The position numbers were made by a program, and so were the translations under genes. Shown piece by piece: positions 25,691-40,119 of a stretch of 64,000 nucleotides of DNA; the first letter of the stretch is position 1; each line of letters opens with the position of its first letter. Origin of the DNA: Octopus vulgaris (taxonomy: Eukaryota); contig OX597825.1 in the NCBI GenBank assembly GCA_951406725.2, forward strand, positions 74,710,001-74,774,000, written 5' to 3'. The notes beneath the pieces are model-generated. The model saw only the letters and a program-made list of their open reading frames with translations, did not search any database and was not told where the DNA came from.

Positions 25691-25834
25691 AATTTGTCGG
25701 CACGATGACACCTATTGAGGTACAACCATATGTCCTTCTCTGCCTTCCTATCTGCAAGCAATAAATAAGCCTGTTCCTTTCCTCATTGACATGTCACCTT
25801 TGAGAAATTCTTAATTCTTGAGATTATGAATAAA

Positions 25835-26050
<216 letters not shown>

Positions 26051-26935
26051 TTAGGCCACTGTTATATGTGTGCTTGTCTTTGTGTGTGCGTTTATGTTTA
26101 TCAGTATAAAGTAATATAAAGTTGCATCTCTGTTTAAATCATTGCCCCACCACCACCACCACCGCTTGACAACCTGGTGTTGGTGTGTTTACGTCTCAGT
26201 CACTTAGCAGCTCGGCAAAATTGACCGATAGAATAAATACCAGGCTTAAAGAAAAATATAAGTACTGGGGTCGATTCGTTCGACTAAAATTCTTCAAGAT
26301 GGTGCCACAATATGGCTGCCGTCTAATGATTGAATCAAGTGAGCGATAACAGACAAAAGATAGCTGTTCGATAAATGGATTCGCTGAAATATGTACTAAG
26401 GTCAATCTAATCAACTACAACCGTTGAAATCAATAAATGGCCATAGCTGCAGTTCAATGGTTGGACCAAATAATAAAAGAATAAAAGAATAAAAGAATAA
26501 AAGAATACAGAAATTTTAAACTTTCATCCACTTCTCTTTATTACATCTTAATCATAGAACTTATTCATGGGTTTTGTCAATTTATTACCAGCAGTTATTT
26601 GTCACTAAAAACATCATTGATATCTCTCTCTAAATATTTAACTTTATCTTTAAATCCTTATTCGTTTTCTCTTTGTTTTTCTTTACCGCTATTCTCTGCT
26701 GCTGCTTGCATTCCGACACAGATTTAATCCTTCAATGTTGGTTTTTCACTTCTTTGTGTGTCGTTTATTATTCCGAGTATCTTTTGTTTTTAATGACTGG
26801 TTTTTGTTTGCTTTGCTTTGGTTTTATTTTGTTTTGTTTTGCTTTTATAATCGATTCTGTGTTAAAACCCGCCATTTTTCTTATCATTTATCCTTGTAAT
26901 TTTCCCGTCATTGTCTTTCTAATAATAAATAAACA

Positions 26936-27175
<240 letters not shown>

Positions 27176-27220
27176 GTCTGTGGTATTTTTCAGGTACGGT
27201 CTATGTATGTAGCGCTATAT

Positions 27221-27420
27221 CTATGGAACGAAATTGAAGATATCTCTCGAATAGAAAACATTATTATTATTCGTAAGACATTTGACCAATAAACTATGGA
27301 ACGAAATTGAAGACATAATCTGTTAGACGCAAAACATTAATATTATTCGTAAGACAACTGACTGTTAAACTATGGAACGAAATCGAGGACATAACCTATG
27401 ACAGAAATAAATTTTATATT
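27221..27420. repeat. Tandem repeat of about 74 bp, ~2.7 copies
   Basis: ctatggaacgaaat(t/c)ga recurs at ~27221, ~27294 and ~27370. Confidence 0.85.
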
Positions 27421-27425
27421 ATAAA

Positions 27426-27846
27426 GGTGGCGAGCTGGCAGAGTTGTTAGCACGCCGGGCGAAATGCTTAGCGGTATTTCGTCTGCTGCTACGTTCTGAG
27501 TTCAAATTCCGCCGAGGTCGACTTTGCCTTTTATCCTTTCGGGGTCGATTAAATAAGTAGCAGTTACGCACTGGGGTCGATGTAATCGACTTAATCCGTT
27601 TGTCTGTCCTTGTTTGTTCCCTCTATGTTTAGCCCCTTGTGGGTAATAACGAAATAGAAATAGGTATTTCGTCTGCTGCTACGTTCTGAGTTCAAATTCC
27701 GCCGAGGTCAATTTTGCCTTTTATCCTTTCGGGGTCGATTAAATAAGTAGCAGTTACGCACTGGGGTCGATGTAATCGACTTAATCCGTTTGTCTGTCCT
27801 TATTTGTTCTTTCTGTGTTTAGCCCCTTGTGGGTAGTAAAGAAATA
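27426..27846 (+). mobile_element. SINE family A with tandem duplication of its 3' ~185 bp
   Basis: Full copy 27426-27660 followed by a headless copy 27663-27846 sharing diagnostic variants (aagtagcagtt, tgctgctacg). Confidence 0.9.
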
Positions 27847-28246
27847 AGAAATAAATTTTATATTATTTACATTGTTTCTCAAGGAAATTAGTATTCTCTA
27901 GAATTCAGTTCCTTGTGATTGACCACTGTAATTCGTTGACCGGAACTGTGGACCCAGTCAGCGAATTAAAGTGAGTGTGTACGGTCATACGTACATTTCT
28001 CTGTTGTGAAAACAAAGATGTATACAGTATATTTTGGGTTTGTTAAATGCAAATGCGCTGTAGCAAAATATTATTTTAGATTATGTCTTCGATTTCGTTC
28101 CGTAGTAAATATTGTGCAGAGCGCTTGCTATTTTCATGATTCTTTCAATACTTTCAATACTTTCAACAGACAAAAACAAAAAGAAATCAACTAGTATTTT
28201 CTCAAAGACAATTGTATATGGTCGCAGTCATATTGGCATTTCCAGT

Positions 28247-28630
<384 letters not shown>

Positions 28631-28913
28631 TTTTCTCTGTAAAAAAAATAACTTTTCGAATTACCGGCTTTGATGGTGCATTATTAATATTATTGTTTAT
28701 ATTTTTTATTATTACCATCACCACAACAGGCACCATCATCAACATCATCATCATTATTATCAACCTTTTAGGGAATGTTTTTTTTTCCATCAGCTTCTAA
28801 CTTCTTTTTCCCGAAAACTAAATTACGACGCACAACAGTTAGTTGAACGGCTTTTTATGAATAACTAGAATAAGAAAATCAAAACTAATTCTAACCGAAA
28901 TTTTCCTTTACAG

Positions 28914-29106
<193 letters not shown>

Positions 29107-29290
29107 TTTTTCTCCCTTCCACCTACTTCAGGAAAGACCCGATAACAAAATCACATATCTTAAGTGTTTTGCAGCTTTTGATCGATAAGCTAGCGTACCT
29201 GTTTTCAACTACACTTCCACAAAGAAGTTTGCGCCGGTTGCCAGGCTGACGAGAAAGATAATGATAATAATAATAATAATAATAATGATG

Positions 29291-29356
<66 letters not shown>

Positions 29357-29732
29357 CTGTAAGAAGAAATAAACAAAACAAGTAGAATAAGAAAATGCGT
29401 AAATCGAAATGAAATAAAGCACAACCTGTCGAAAGAAGTAGAAATACAACTTGGAAGTTTGCAATAAAATAAGGTAAAATAGAAATAGAAATAAAAATAA
29501 CTACAGCGAAATTGTTATTTTTACAGCCAGTTTTTTTTTGTTGTAGTTTTTTTGTTTGTTTTATTAGGGGATTTTTTTTCACCACGATTTCATTGAAGGC
29601 GAGTTTTGCATTGATTTAATGATACATAACGTCCTCTACTCACCAGCTGTCGATACAATAAGTATAACAACAATGACAAAAGCAACACCAACAACGACGC
29701 CGACGGACGATAACGACGAGGATGATGACGAC

Positions 29733-29764
<32 letters not shown>

Positions 29765-29789
29765 CGATGATGATGGCGATGATTTCTTT

Positions 29790-30225
29790 ATTAACCACTA
29801 AGGGTTAACAAGCAGATAGAGGACGGTGCAAGTCGGTGCAAGACGGTGCAGAACGGTGTACGGCAGTACAACACAATATGATATGATGTAATATGATGTG
29901 GGGGTTATATGAGGGTGTGTAAAGAGCAAATTAACAAAAAAGAAAACAAACAGTCAGACAAGAAAATTCGCCAATAGTGAGGAGTCCTCTAATGGCTGCT
30001 CTTGAATATCCAAAAATACCACGGCTACGCTGGCCACTAGAGAAAGTACCCTCTCCTCATCCTCCTCCCTCAATTAATAGGTGGGTGTTATCCTTGCCAC
30101 ACTCACCTGTCCTCTCTTTCCATTTCAAGTGGAACTTGAAAAAAGTTGGTGAGGGCTTAATCAAAGAAGAAGATGTCTCTCTTCAGCTCTTTCAATCTGG
30201 TCCACTAGAAAGACTCCTTTGCTAA
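29790..30225 (-). mobile_element. L1/Tx1-like LINE 3' end relic
   Basis: Minus translation AKESF*WTRLKELKRDIFFFD*ALTNFF resembles the Tx1-type ORF2 C-terminal 'AK..IW..R' region, followed by a 3' UTR. Confidence 0.5.
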
Positions 30226-30230
30226 GAACA

Positions 30231-31170
30231 CTAGAAAAATAAAAGAATAATTATACATGTACAACAGAAAAAGACCTTTCGGCAATCAAATGGACGTATT
30301 GAGATAACGCAAAGGAGAAATGAAAATAGTCCTAAGGAACAGAGCGAGAAACCCAGACAGACGTGACCGGTCCGGCCAAAGGCAGGCAAAAAAGAACACC
30401 GTCTTAGGCAGACACTGGTCACATAGTAGTGGGAGGAAAGAGGAAGAGTTGTAGAGGACAGAGGGACTAAAGAAACGGAGGAGAATAAGAGAGAGCGAAA
30501 TAGAGACAGACAGAGAAAAAGTAAAAAGTTCAAAGGGAGGCAAGGAAAAGAAAGAGATAGTATATGAGTCGTACAATAAAGAAAGAACAGTCTACAATAT
30601 ATGTACAATTATTATTTTTCTGTTGTATAGCCGAAAGGTTTTTTTCTGTGGTATATGTAATATTATTTTATATTTTGTTGTATATGTACATTTGTTATAT
30701 TATTTTAGCTTGTCTTGTTTGTTTTGGTCCCTGAATACATTATTTAGCTAAACCCAGAATCTTCCTGCCCTGGCACTACCAAGACGGAGTGGTATCAATG
30801 TTAAAAACCCAAAACCACTAGGATGTCCTGGACACTGACTGATGAGGAATCAGCTGCGAATTTTCCGTGTCATTCACTGCAACACCTGTTTGTCATTGAA
30901 CAGGGACCATCCGGACTTCGCCGTGAGCAATAATTGATCTTCTCTCTTCGCTCCTTTACACCAAATGGGCTCTTTCTGCCCTTCTTTGTACATCGGACAA
31001 ACGAGATGCCACGTTGCTGACTGGTTCACGGAGCACCTCCGAGACAGATTCGGCAATGAGTCTGATGGTCTTTTTCTGTGGTATGTGTATTATTATTTTA
31101 TATTTTGTTGTATATGTATAATTGTTATATTATTTTAAGTTGTTTTGTTTGTTTTTGTCCTTGAATACAT
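30231..31170. mobile_element. Unclassified retroelement remnant with inverted and tandem terminal repeats and a broken hammerhead
   Basis: ~110-bp direct repeat (30635-30740 / 31068-31170); inverted copy of its start at 30231-30283; CTGATGA-ggaa...ttcc at 30839-30866 flanked by gacac/gtgtc. Confidence 0.55.
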
Positions 31171-31254
31171 CAGAAGTATCCATTGGCGGTAGTGTAATGG
31201 ATAGTTCTATCCCTTAGACGGTTATTTTAACCTCTAACTCAGCTTATATATATA

Positions 31255-31438
31255 GGGAGAGTTTACGAAAAATACAAAAGACGAAGACAGATGGTGTACA
31301 AAACAAACAGATGTATTAGTATAACGCTCGGGAATCGAAAATGTCTTTTACGTTTCGAGCCTACGCTCTTCCACAGAAAGGAACACAGAAAGAAACAAGG
31401 AGAGAAAAAATGTGTGAAGTGGCTACCGATCTATCATT
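31255..31438 (-). mobile_element. Penelope-like terminal-repeat fragment with variant hammerhead, copy 2
   Basis: Minus strand cttt-CTGTGGA-a-gagc-gtag-gctc-GAAA-cg-TA-aaag at 31345-31380; abuts a short (TA)n. Confidence 0.7.
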
Positions 31439-31506
31439 AAATATTTCTTTTCATTGTTCCTCTTTTTTCTTATTGTGTTGTTACACTCGTTGAAACTTTT
31501 ACATAG

Positions 31507-31675
31507 ATGTGGTTTACTGGTTGGGCATGTGAATGTCAACATGATAAAAATTACGCCAAACATATCCTTATGCAAAGTCCGGGGGATCAAGGTGTCCAAA
31601 GTATTCCTAGAGGATTGCATGGAGAAATGTTTTCAGAAAGGATTATTTTTATTCTGTAACGGGAAAAGAAAATAT
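31507..31675 (+). CDS. Candidate internal exon (Cys-spaced, weakly PAN/apple-like)
   Basis: Pyrimidine-rich tract plus TAG acceptor at 31506, GTAAG donor at 31676, one open frame ...KITPNISLCKVRGIKVSKVFLEDCMEKCFQKGLFLFCNGKRKY; no homology confirmed. Confidence 0.2.
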
Positions 31676-32304
31676 GTAAGACAAACATGCAACATGTGTC
31701 GGTGCATGTGTATGTGTCTATGTGTATATGTCTGTGTGAGTGTGAGTGAGAAAGAGAGAGATGAGAGGGTCAAACTTTCGCTCAATCTCCTCCCTACAAG
31801 CCTCTGCTCACAATGCAAGCCAACTTAGAGCTATGTTAAAATACACTTGTACAAGATGTTGTGAAGTTGGCTCGTATCTAGAATCCGGAATCCAGTATCA
31901 CATAGTCCAAAACTTGCTGAGGTTGAATTACCTTCTTGGATCGATGAAATGCATATCAGACGAGTACTGGCATTGATATAACTCGCTACCTCCACCCGAT
32001 AATAAACGACATTACGTTTCTGATAAACATCTTCATAGTTACATGTTCCAAAATACCATTGAATTCTCGTTTCCAAAAATAAAATTTCAAAAAAAATTTA
32101 AGATAGACTTTTTTTTTGCATCTTTCAAACAAATCGAAAATTCAATTTTGTCAAATGTAATTTTGTTTTCCAATATCATTCGAATAAAACGATATCTCTT
32201 TGTTTTAGTCACGATTACGAACACAAAACAAACACGATTTTTATTTTACTTAAATATGCGATTAATGCCACTTCATAATTGAATTACACACGAATCTCTT
32301 TTCC

Positions 32305-32505
32305 TTTTACTTCTGTTACTCTTTTAACTATTATTTGTTTCAGTCATTGGACTGCACCCATGTTTGCACATCGTCTTGAAGGGTTTTAGTCGAGTAAATC
32401 GATCCCAGTAATTAAGTCTGCTACTTATTCTAACGGAGCCTTTTGCCGAAACTCTGAGTTACAGGGATGTAAACAAACCAACACGGTTCTCAAATGTGGT
32501 GGGAA

Positions 32506-32603
<98 letters not shown>

Positions 32604-32767
32604 CACACACACACACACATAAAGGGATTCTTTCAGCTTGCATTCACAATATTTTTCCGGCCTGAGATTATAGTAAAAGACACTTGCTCAAGGTGTCACA
32701 CAGTGGAGTTGAACTCGAAACCATGTTGTTGGGAAACAAACTTCTTACCACACATTCACGCCTGTGC
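32305..32767 (-). mobile_element. SINE family D (diverged)
   Basis: Tail, internal (CA)n(TA)n and head all recognisable. Confidence 0.8.
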
Positions 32768-33724
32768 CTACTTGGTGTTTTTCCTTTGGTTGGGGGTGAG
32801 ATGTCTATTTAAAAAAAAAAAAACATTTCTATATAGCGAGCAAGTTACTACAGGAAAAACAATCCATGGTGAAGGCGTCCACTGACGAGTGAAATAAACG
32901 AAGCATTCCAAATAATTTCCCTTGCTGGTTAAACTAGAAAATGCTTTTAGCTTAGCCATCATTCATTGTGCTTAAGGACCAGGCTTATACCTACTTTTAT
33001 CTACATATTTAATAGTGCATTTTATCCATATAAACTGGCGATTTAAACGTGAAATGGTTTACAGATAAAGAAATTAACCAAAATAAAGGTACGTCTGCGT
33101 AACAGTGAACTTATTCCTACCAATTTTATGCTATATTTGGCTTCAAGTGCCAAGGCATGTAACAATTTCTATGATTGTTGAGGAAATTAAACATAGGTCA
33201 CTTGGTCAAAGTAATTTCCTTTCGGTAGCTCGACATTTCATTTGTGGTCTGATGGAAAGAAAACTTATTCTTGTATATGTGTGAGTATGCTGTGTGTGTA
33301 TCTGTATGTAGAACTTCCAGTCGATCAGTAGAATCAATAGTTTCTGGCTATTGTGTGAATGAATCACACCTGATATCTGTCATGATGTTATCTGTTCTTC
33401 ACTATTAATTGCTGATGCAGAAATGTGTATTGATTTATTTGGGATATATATATTTTCGCAAGCTGGGAATGTGCTTGATTTAGTTTCAACCCGCGGTACT
33501 TGTGCTATCAACCACGGCTGGACGAAACGTAAAAATCGCAGGAACAGAAATATGAAACTTGGTATTCTAAGGATTTTAATGAAACAAGAGTGAATAGTTT
33601 TTGTTAATTAACCTGCTGATCCTTCATAACCTTACAACATTTGTCATTCATTATCGTAGCTTGTATTTGACTGGACATATTAAATATCCGGTTATAAAGT
33701 GAGTAAACGTTATCATTACTAATA

Positions 33725-34205
33725 AGGCGGCGAGCTGGCAGAATCGTTAGCACGCCGGGCGAAATACTTTGCGGTATTTCATCTGCCGCTACGTTCTGAG
33801 TTCAGATTCCGCCGAGGTCGACTTTGCCCTTCATCCTTTCAGGGTCGATAAATTAAGTACTAGTGAAACGCAAAATTCATGCCTTGTGCGTATAGTAGAA
33901 AGGTTATCATTACTAATCAATTCATATAAGATGGCGAGCTGGCAGAATCGTTAGCACGCCGGGCAAACTGCTTTGCGGCTATTCGTTCGTCTTTACATTC
34001 TGAGTTCAAATTCCGCCGATGCCAACTTCACCTTTCATCATTTCAGTGTCGATAAAATAAATACCAGAGTCGAACACTAGAGTCGACTTAATTAATTCAT
34101 AAGGCGGCAAGCTCGAGGAGTCATTAACACGCCGGAAAAAAATGTTTAATGATATTTTATCCGTCTCTACGTTCTGAGTTCGAATTCCGCCGAGATCGAC
34201 TTTTT
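33725..34205 (+). mobile_element. Cluster of three SINE family A 5' fragments in tandem
   Basis: ggcggcgagctggcagaatcgttagcacgccgggc-like heads at ~33725, ~33929 and ~34102. Confidence 0.85.
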
Positions 34206-35399
34206 CTGAAGGCTGCTTGTATACTTTATGCACTAACAGTCAAATAGTCAAATTACAGAATCAAGAATTTTTCATATATTTCGTCTGTTTAAAATTATAA
34301 AATTGTAGGCTATTGCTTTATTGCCACTAATAAATTTTAAATTTATTGTGAAACAAATGTTTTACATGAACAATTTAATTTTGAAATTAAACACAATACT
34401 TCAAAAAAGTATCAGGCTGACTGCAAGATAAACGTCTGCGGGCCGCATACGCCCCGCAGGATTCAGGTTGGCCATCTCTGATCTAAACCATACTAAAACT
34501 AAAACTAATCCGCCATCTTTATTATAAACATTTGTCATTCATGAACTTTTTTCGATATATTTTCCTTCGTTTATATTACAATTTAATATATTAATATACT
34601 GGTTTTATTATTAACACACTTTATATATTAAAGTTTATTAGTTTTTTCTGATAATTTAATTCTGTCTTTTGTACAAGTTTATTGTGACTATTATTCTTTT
34701 ATGGTGTTTTTATACATTCTTGAAAGTTGTATTCCGTATGATTCATTTCATCTTGTATAATGTCTTCATCACAATTATTGTCACCGTTATCATTATTATC
34801 ATCACCATAGTCACTATTATCATCATCATCATCGTCAACACTAATAATATTTTGTTAGACATCTGGAGAGAATAAATAAGATTTTTTATAATTCGTTGAT
34901 TACGGTTGAATTCGAACTTGATAATGCTATATATAATACCGTGTAAATATTAGACTAAAGACCCATTCTACATAAGACGCCGAAGGCTTCCCGTGCGAAT
35001 TAAACCCGTATCTTCTGTGAAAATGATAGACGTTCCACCTTTGGACCAGGGCAGTCCTTCAAATTTCTCTATATATTTTTTAAACTTTGTCCTTAGCGAG
35101 AATTGTATTTTGTATACCTCATAAAATTTTTAAGGCTTTAAGATTACATGAAATAACTCATTTATTTCTGTTGAGCTCGAAATAGATAAAGCTATATGTG
35201 GTATACAGAATTCTTTATATGCAACGAAATGCAAAGATGAATTACTCCAATAAATTTCATATTTCTGATTTCAGATTCTGCCAGTGCCTGCTTTATGATT
35301 CTTCTGTCATGGATGAGAAAATGATAAAACAGGTACCAGTAATCTACTGTACTCAACAGAGCTGACTTTATCTTCCTTTAATATTAAATATAGACACAA

Positions 35400-35502
35400 A
35401 GGTGACGAGCTGGCAGAAACGTTAGCATGCCAGGCGAAATGCTTAGCTGTATTTCATCTGGTTTTACGTTCTGAGTTCAAATTCAGCCGAGGTCGACTTT
35501 GC
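35400..35502 (+). mobile_element. SINE family A 5' fragment
   Basis: ggtgacgagctggcagaaacgttagc...gaggtcgactttgc. Confidence 0.85.
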
Positions 35503-36324
35503 TGGCTTTGTGTCAGGCACTCTCAGGCACAACATAAAGTATTCTATCCCAAGTTTGGCATAAAATGAGCAATTAATTTGATTAGGATTTCAGGGAGAAG
35601 CGAAACTGCTTCACGATTTTGCTTTCTGGGTACTTGTCTCTGGATCAACTGAAGGACGCACAAATAATATTTATTCGAAGCAAAGTCTGGAACGGCTTTG
35701 ATGGTAAGGCAGTTTGAACCCGATGACCCGAGACAAAACAGTCACAACAACGACGAAGGTGACGTGGACAACGACTTATATTTGCTTGAAAATTCCATCC
35801 ACTCGGCCATCTTACTTCTAAATATCTCATTTAGTTCATGAAAAATATGGATTATAATTTCTACGACAGGAAATAAAAGAAAAAAGCTTCGTGTTTTATT
35901 GTAGTTTTCATTTCCATTCTTTTTGCTTTCCGATTCACACTTTCTTTTTTATTATTTTTCATTCACGCAATCTTGAGAACTTTGTTCGCCATGGAAACAA
36001 ACTGTGAACGTGCTATAGACGAGTACCGTGTTTGTATATTTGGAATAACTGAAATGGCATCACGTAAGACGAAGAATCATTGTTTGTTTGATGTTCGTCT
36101 TGATGACTTAAGTCTTGAATGGTCGGCAAAAGTCACCGAAATTCTTCTTGGCAGAATATTCACTGACAAATATTTCAGTAGCTGCGTATTTTCTTTCATT
36201 CGTTTAAACAAAGAACATCTCTTAAACAGAATCAATGTTATCATATAATGCTAAAACCTGTATTTGTTTTAGCATTTATTTATTTATTTTATTTTTATGT
36301 TTAGCAGTTTTATTTTTTATTTTT

Positions 36325-36513
36325 TACCTATTTCAGTCGTTGAACTGCGGCCATGCTGGGACATCGCCTTGAAGGGTTTAATCAAACAAATTGAACCCAG
36401 TAATTATTTTTTAAGTCTGATTCTTTTTCTAACGAACCGCTAATTTATGGAGACGAAAACAAACTAACACCAGTGGTCAAGCTGTGGCGGTGGACAAACA
36501 CATACACACACAT

Positions 36514-36582
<69 letters not shown>

Positions 36583-36770
36583 TGTGTGTGAGCGTGTGTG
36601 TGCGTGTGTTGGTGTGTGGCTTCTTTCAGTTTCTGTCTACCAAACCCACTCAGAAGGCTTTAATTGATCTGGACCTATAGTAGAAGACACTTGCCCGAAG
36701 TGCCATGCAGTGATAACTGAATCCAAGGCCACATGGCTAGAAAGCAAGCTTCTTAATCACATATCTACGC
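36325..36770 (-). mobile_element. SINE family D (diverged)
   Basis: Tail, internal microsatellite and head. Confidence 0.8.
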
Positions 36771-36994
36771 CTTTGCTGAAGAAATTGAAATCTCTCATTC
36801 GTTATTTCGTATTTCACAAGAAAACTTCTATTTTATCTTTCAAGATACGATTACCATTTATGGAACGGTCAGTATGGTGACACGTACGGTTGTAATCATA
36901 TAGATTGTAAGCAGTGCAATTGATCCAATGAAGATTTCTAATACAGAGATGAAAGAAGGCCATGAATGCAATCTGCCAAATCGACCCCATTATA

Positions 36995-37211
36995 CGAAGG
37001 TATGCTGAAAAGTTCCTGGTTTTAAGGGTGTCGCGAAAGGCCTGGTTGGAGGTCCAAACTTCCGAGTTCTTTTACAGAGCTTAGAAAAACTGAAGGACCA
37101 ATGCAATAAGTGTGTGAATCTGAAAGGGAAATATGTTGAATAGAATCATAATTAACTCATCCTCCTGTATTTTCTTTTACCCAAGTTCAGGAACTTTTCA
37201 ACATCCCCTCG
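36995..37211. mobile_element. mariner-derived MITE
   Basis: TA|cgaaggtatgctgaaaagttcctg ... caggaacttttcaacatcccctcg|TA; interior retains the transposase end (KCVNLKGKYVE*). Confidence 0.85.
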
Positions 37212-37286
37212 TATTTTATCTCCCCGTTCTTATTTATCAATTCAGAAGGACTAAAGTCAAAATCACTCAGTAAGGATTTCTTAAGC

Positions 37287-37401
37287 TAGTCATGGCCAAC
37301 CTGCGGCCAGAGGGGATTCTCTGATTGACATGCCAGCGGCGCACCTAATGATGAACCATGTTTCATGCGGCCCACTTCAAGAAAAACGTTGCCCACGACT
37401 G
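37287..37401. mobile_element. hAT/Charlie-like MITE
   Basis: Imperfect TIRs tagtcatggccaac / gttgcccacgactg with subterminal tgcggcc motifs. Confidence 0.55.
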
Positions 37402-38379
37402 TCTGAGATTCAGGACATAAATAAATTGAATTAAATATTGCAAATTTTCTCGATCCAGTTTTCAGTCTTTTTTCTTTTTCTTTCTTTTTACTTCTTGCTT
37501 TAAACACAGCTGAGAGAACAATTTTGATTTCTAAGATGGGGTCCTATCCACAAATTTGTGAGCGAAGCATAATCGATTGATAACAATCGTGACCGTGTTG
37601 GTTTGAAGTTCGCTTTGCAATCACATTGGCCCCAGGTTTGAAACCACAGTGTGGTACCTTGATAAAACGTCTTCTACTACAGCCTAGGATCGATTAAAAC
37701 CTTTTATGTAAAATTTGACAGGTGGAAACTATGGAAGCTCGTCGATGACAAGTTTGTTTGTTTTTTTTTCTTAGAGGTAGGCCTAATCCTTTTACTGGTT
37801 TTAGCAACTCGCTTCTTTCTCCGGTCACAAAGGCCTTGCAAAAGATCATGGTGCTCCCCTTCATCCTGTAAATTTGAATGTTTCGTGGTATTTCATTACG
37901 TTCCCATTTCAATATCCTCGTGGGTATATAACACCACTCACAGTGAAAAACTTAGTAAAAGTGTTCGTAAATTCAACCAAAGCATAACAATAAGTATTGG
38001 TTAATAATAATACTTCTTGATCTTGTTGTTGTTTCAACTATGGCTGTCTCTGCGTAGTTATTTGTGTTGTTGTTTACTTTGTAAAACAGTAAGGGGAGAG
38101 GATTGCAAGCACATCACCCTCTACCCACATTTTTCCCATCCACATCTTTATCATATGGGGACCCTAACAAAATTCGATAATAGGTATAGATGCAAATCTA
38201 TCTAATAACTTGTCTCCTTCTAAAATCAGGCATAACTTGGCGATTGGTCGACTTACAACACCTTTCTTCGTCTTGAGTTTAGTAGGCAGAGTGTGATTAA
38301 CTTGATAGCAAGATCAAGGTGAGCTCTGATTGACTGTAGGCAAATGAGCTCGTTGCTGGGGTCCGGAACTCACGTGGGA

Positions 38380-38572
38380 AAAACATTTCGCCGCCGGGTA
38401 AAATGCTTAGCTGCATTTCGTTTGTACGTTCTGGGTTCAAATGCCACCGAGGTTGTCTTTGCTTTTCATCTCTTCGGGGTCGATAAAATAAGTACTAATT
38501 GAGCACTGACGTTGATTTAATCGACTTACACCCGCCCCCTAAATATCTGGCCTTGTGCCAAAATTTGAAACC
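38380..38572 (+). mobile_element. SINE family A-related copy (diverged, alternative tail)
   Basis: aaatgcttagc...gggttcaaatgccaccgagg...cttcggggtcgataaaataagtac. Confidence 0.75.
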
Positions 38573-39314
38573 TATATTAAAAACTGGATTCGGTCATAGA
38601 ATAATATATCGTAAATATAAATTCATTCTATAAGCAACGTATAAATCAAAACTGCAGTATAATAATTGGAAATTAATGAACTGAAAATTCGGGTAACTGC
38701 AAACAGTGTTTTGAAGTTACCACCCCAAATTTCGTATCGGTAGAGTATTCATGGCCGGCATACAAGACGTGCGGAGTCTGATACAAATAATTAGTTACAA
38801 CAAGATAATGACAACGAGACGATGGAAAATGCTTAGAAGTCGGTAATGGAAATCACATTAGTGTAATAAGTAAACATAGTGAAAACAAATGGAACACTTT
38901 TTTCTGTATGTAAAGAAACAATAAAATACAAACTAGAAACTAATTACAGCGGAGAAAAATATTTAAAGAAAGCTAAAACAGAAGAAAAGGTTAAAAAATA
39001 GAACATCAATTCTAAAATATATAAGAGAATAAAATTGAAAGAAAAAAAAGACAATTGTTGGCGGAAACCAGAAACAGGTGTGATTTTTAGCTGCACAGAA
39101 ATAATGTTTAGTGAGAATATACAAAAATAGAAGAATGAGAAATATTCTAACGTTTGGTGCGGATAATATAACCACTGCAGTGAGATAATTGATTAAATCC
39201 TTTCAAATATCCCAGACTTCATAAAAAAAACTGGACTGGATGAGTGTCTATGTGCACCGGGTAACTTATTTACACTTTCAACGTTGAAGCGGATAAGTTG
39301 TACAAATATGTATT

Positions 39315-39702
39315 ACTAACAGTATTGCCCGGCGTTGCTCGTGCTTGTTTTGACCCTTTAGAATTGGAATTTTTGAAAAGTAAAAATGTTGCTTTATGTA
39401 GCTTGTTATTCTCTTTAGGGAACATTTTCCTGGTTTAAACACACCGAAAAATGGCGACACAGCAGTAAAAAAATCGTAAAAAATAGGGATTTTCATAGGA
39501 AAAAAGCACCTTTTTGATGTAAATAATTTTTGTTAACATGGTCCGATTTGAATTTTATCTATTACGGAATGAAGAGCAAGCCTTCTTCTATCCTACTCTC
39601 AATTTTGGTCAACTTGCGCCGCAGGGTCTCGGAGGAGATAGTGTTAGTTGAAGGCTACCAAACCTGCCACACACAAACAACTTCCGCTTTATATATATTG
39701 AT
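39315..39702 (+). mobile_element. Non-autonomous Helentron/HINE-like element, copy 2
   Basis: actaacagtattgcccggcgttgctcg ... cacacacaaacaacttccgctttatatatattgat. Confidence 0.7.
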
Positions 39703-40119
39703 ATGCGGAACATGACAACCACCTGGCCTCAGTCACCTGAAATATGCCCATCCTGACTGACGATGAAGAAAATGAAAACAAATCGCTCTGAGAATATTAT
39801 CAAAGACTGTAAAGAAAATATCTGTACTCGAATTAACATCTCAGTCACTTCTGACCGAAACAATGCCCGGGCGGATGTCGAAAATGTATCAAACTACGAG
39901 ACTGTTGAAGATTATTGGAACTGAAACGCGTTAGGATAGGAGAGATGAAAGTGAGGAAAATATCAATCATAATTGAAGTATTGGACATGACAAAAAAAAA
40001 TATATGAAAAAAACATGTAAACGATACCGAGGCACATGACTTTAGTTTCGTTCAAACATTTAACCCTGTAATGCACACTCTATATCCTACACAGTATACT
40101 TTATGCACAAAGCACATAT

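Noticed and set aside
27221-27420. Regularly spaced repeats resembling a CRISPR array
   Set aside because: Intervening sequences are also homologous (plain 74-bp tandem repeat); eukaryotic context, no cas genes
39902-39932. Hammerhead-like ctgttga...gaaacgcgtt
   Set aside because: Core mismatch, only a 2-bp stem II, no valid cleavage triplet or stem I
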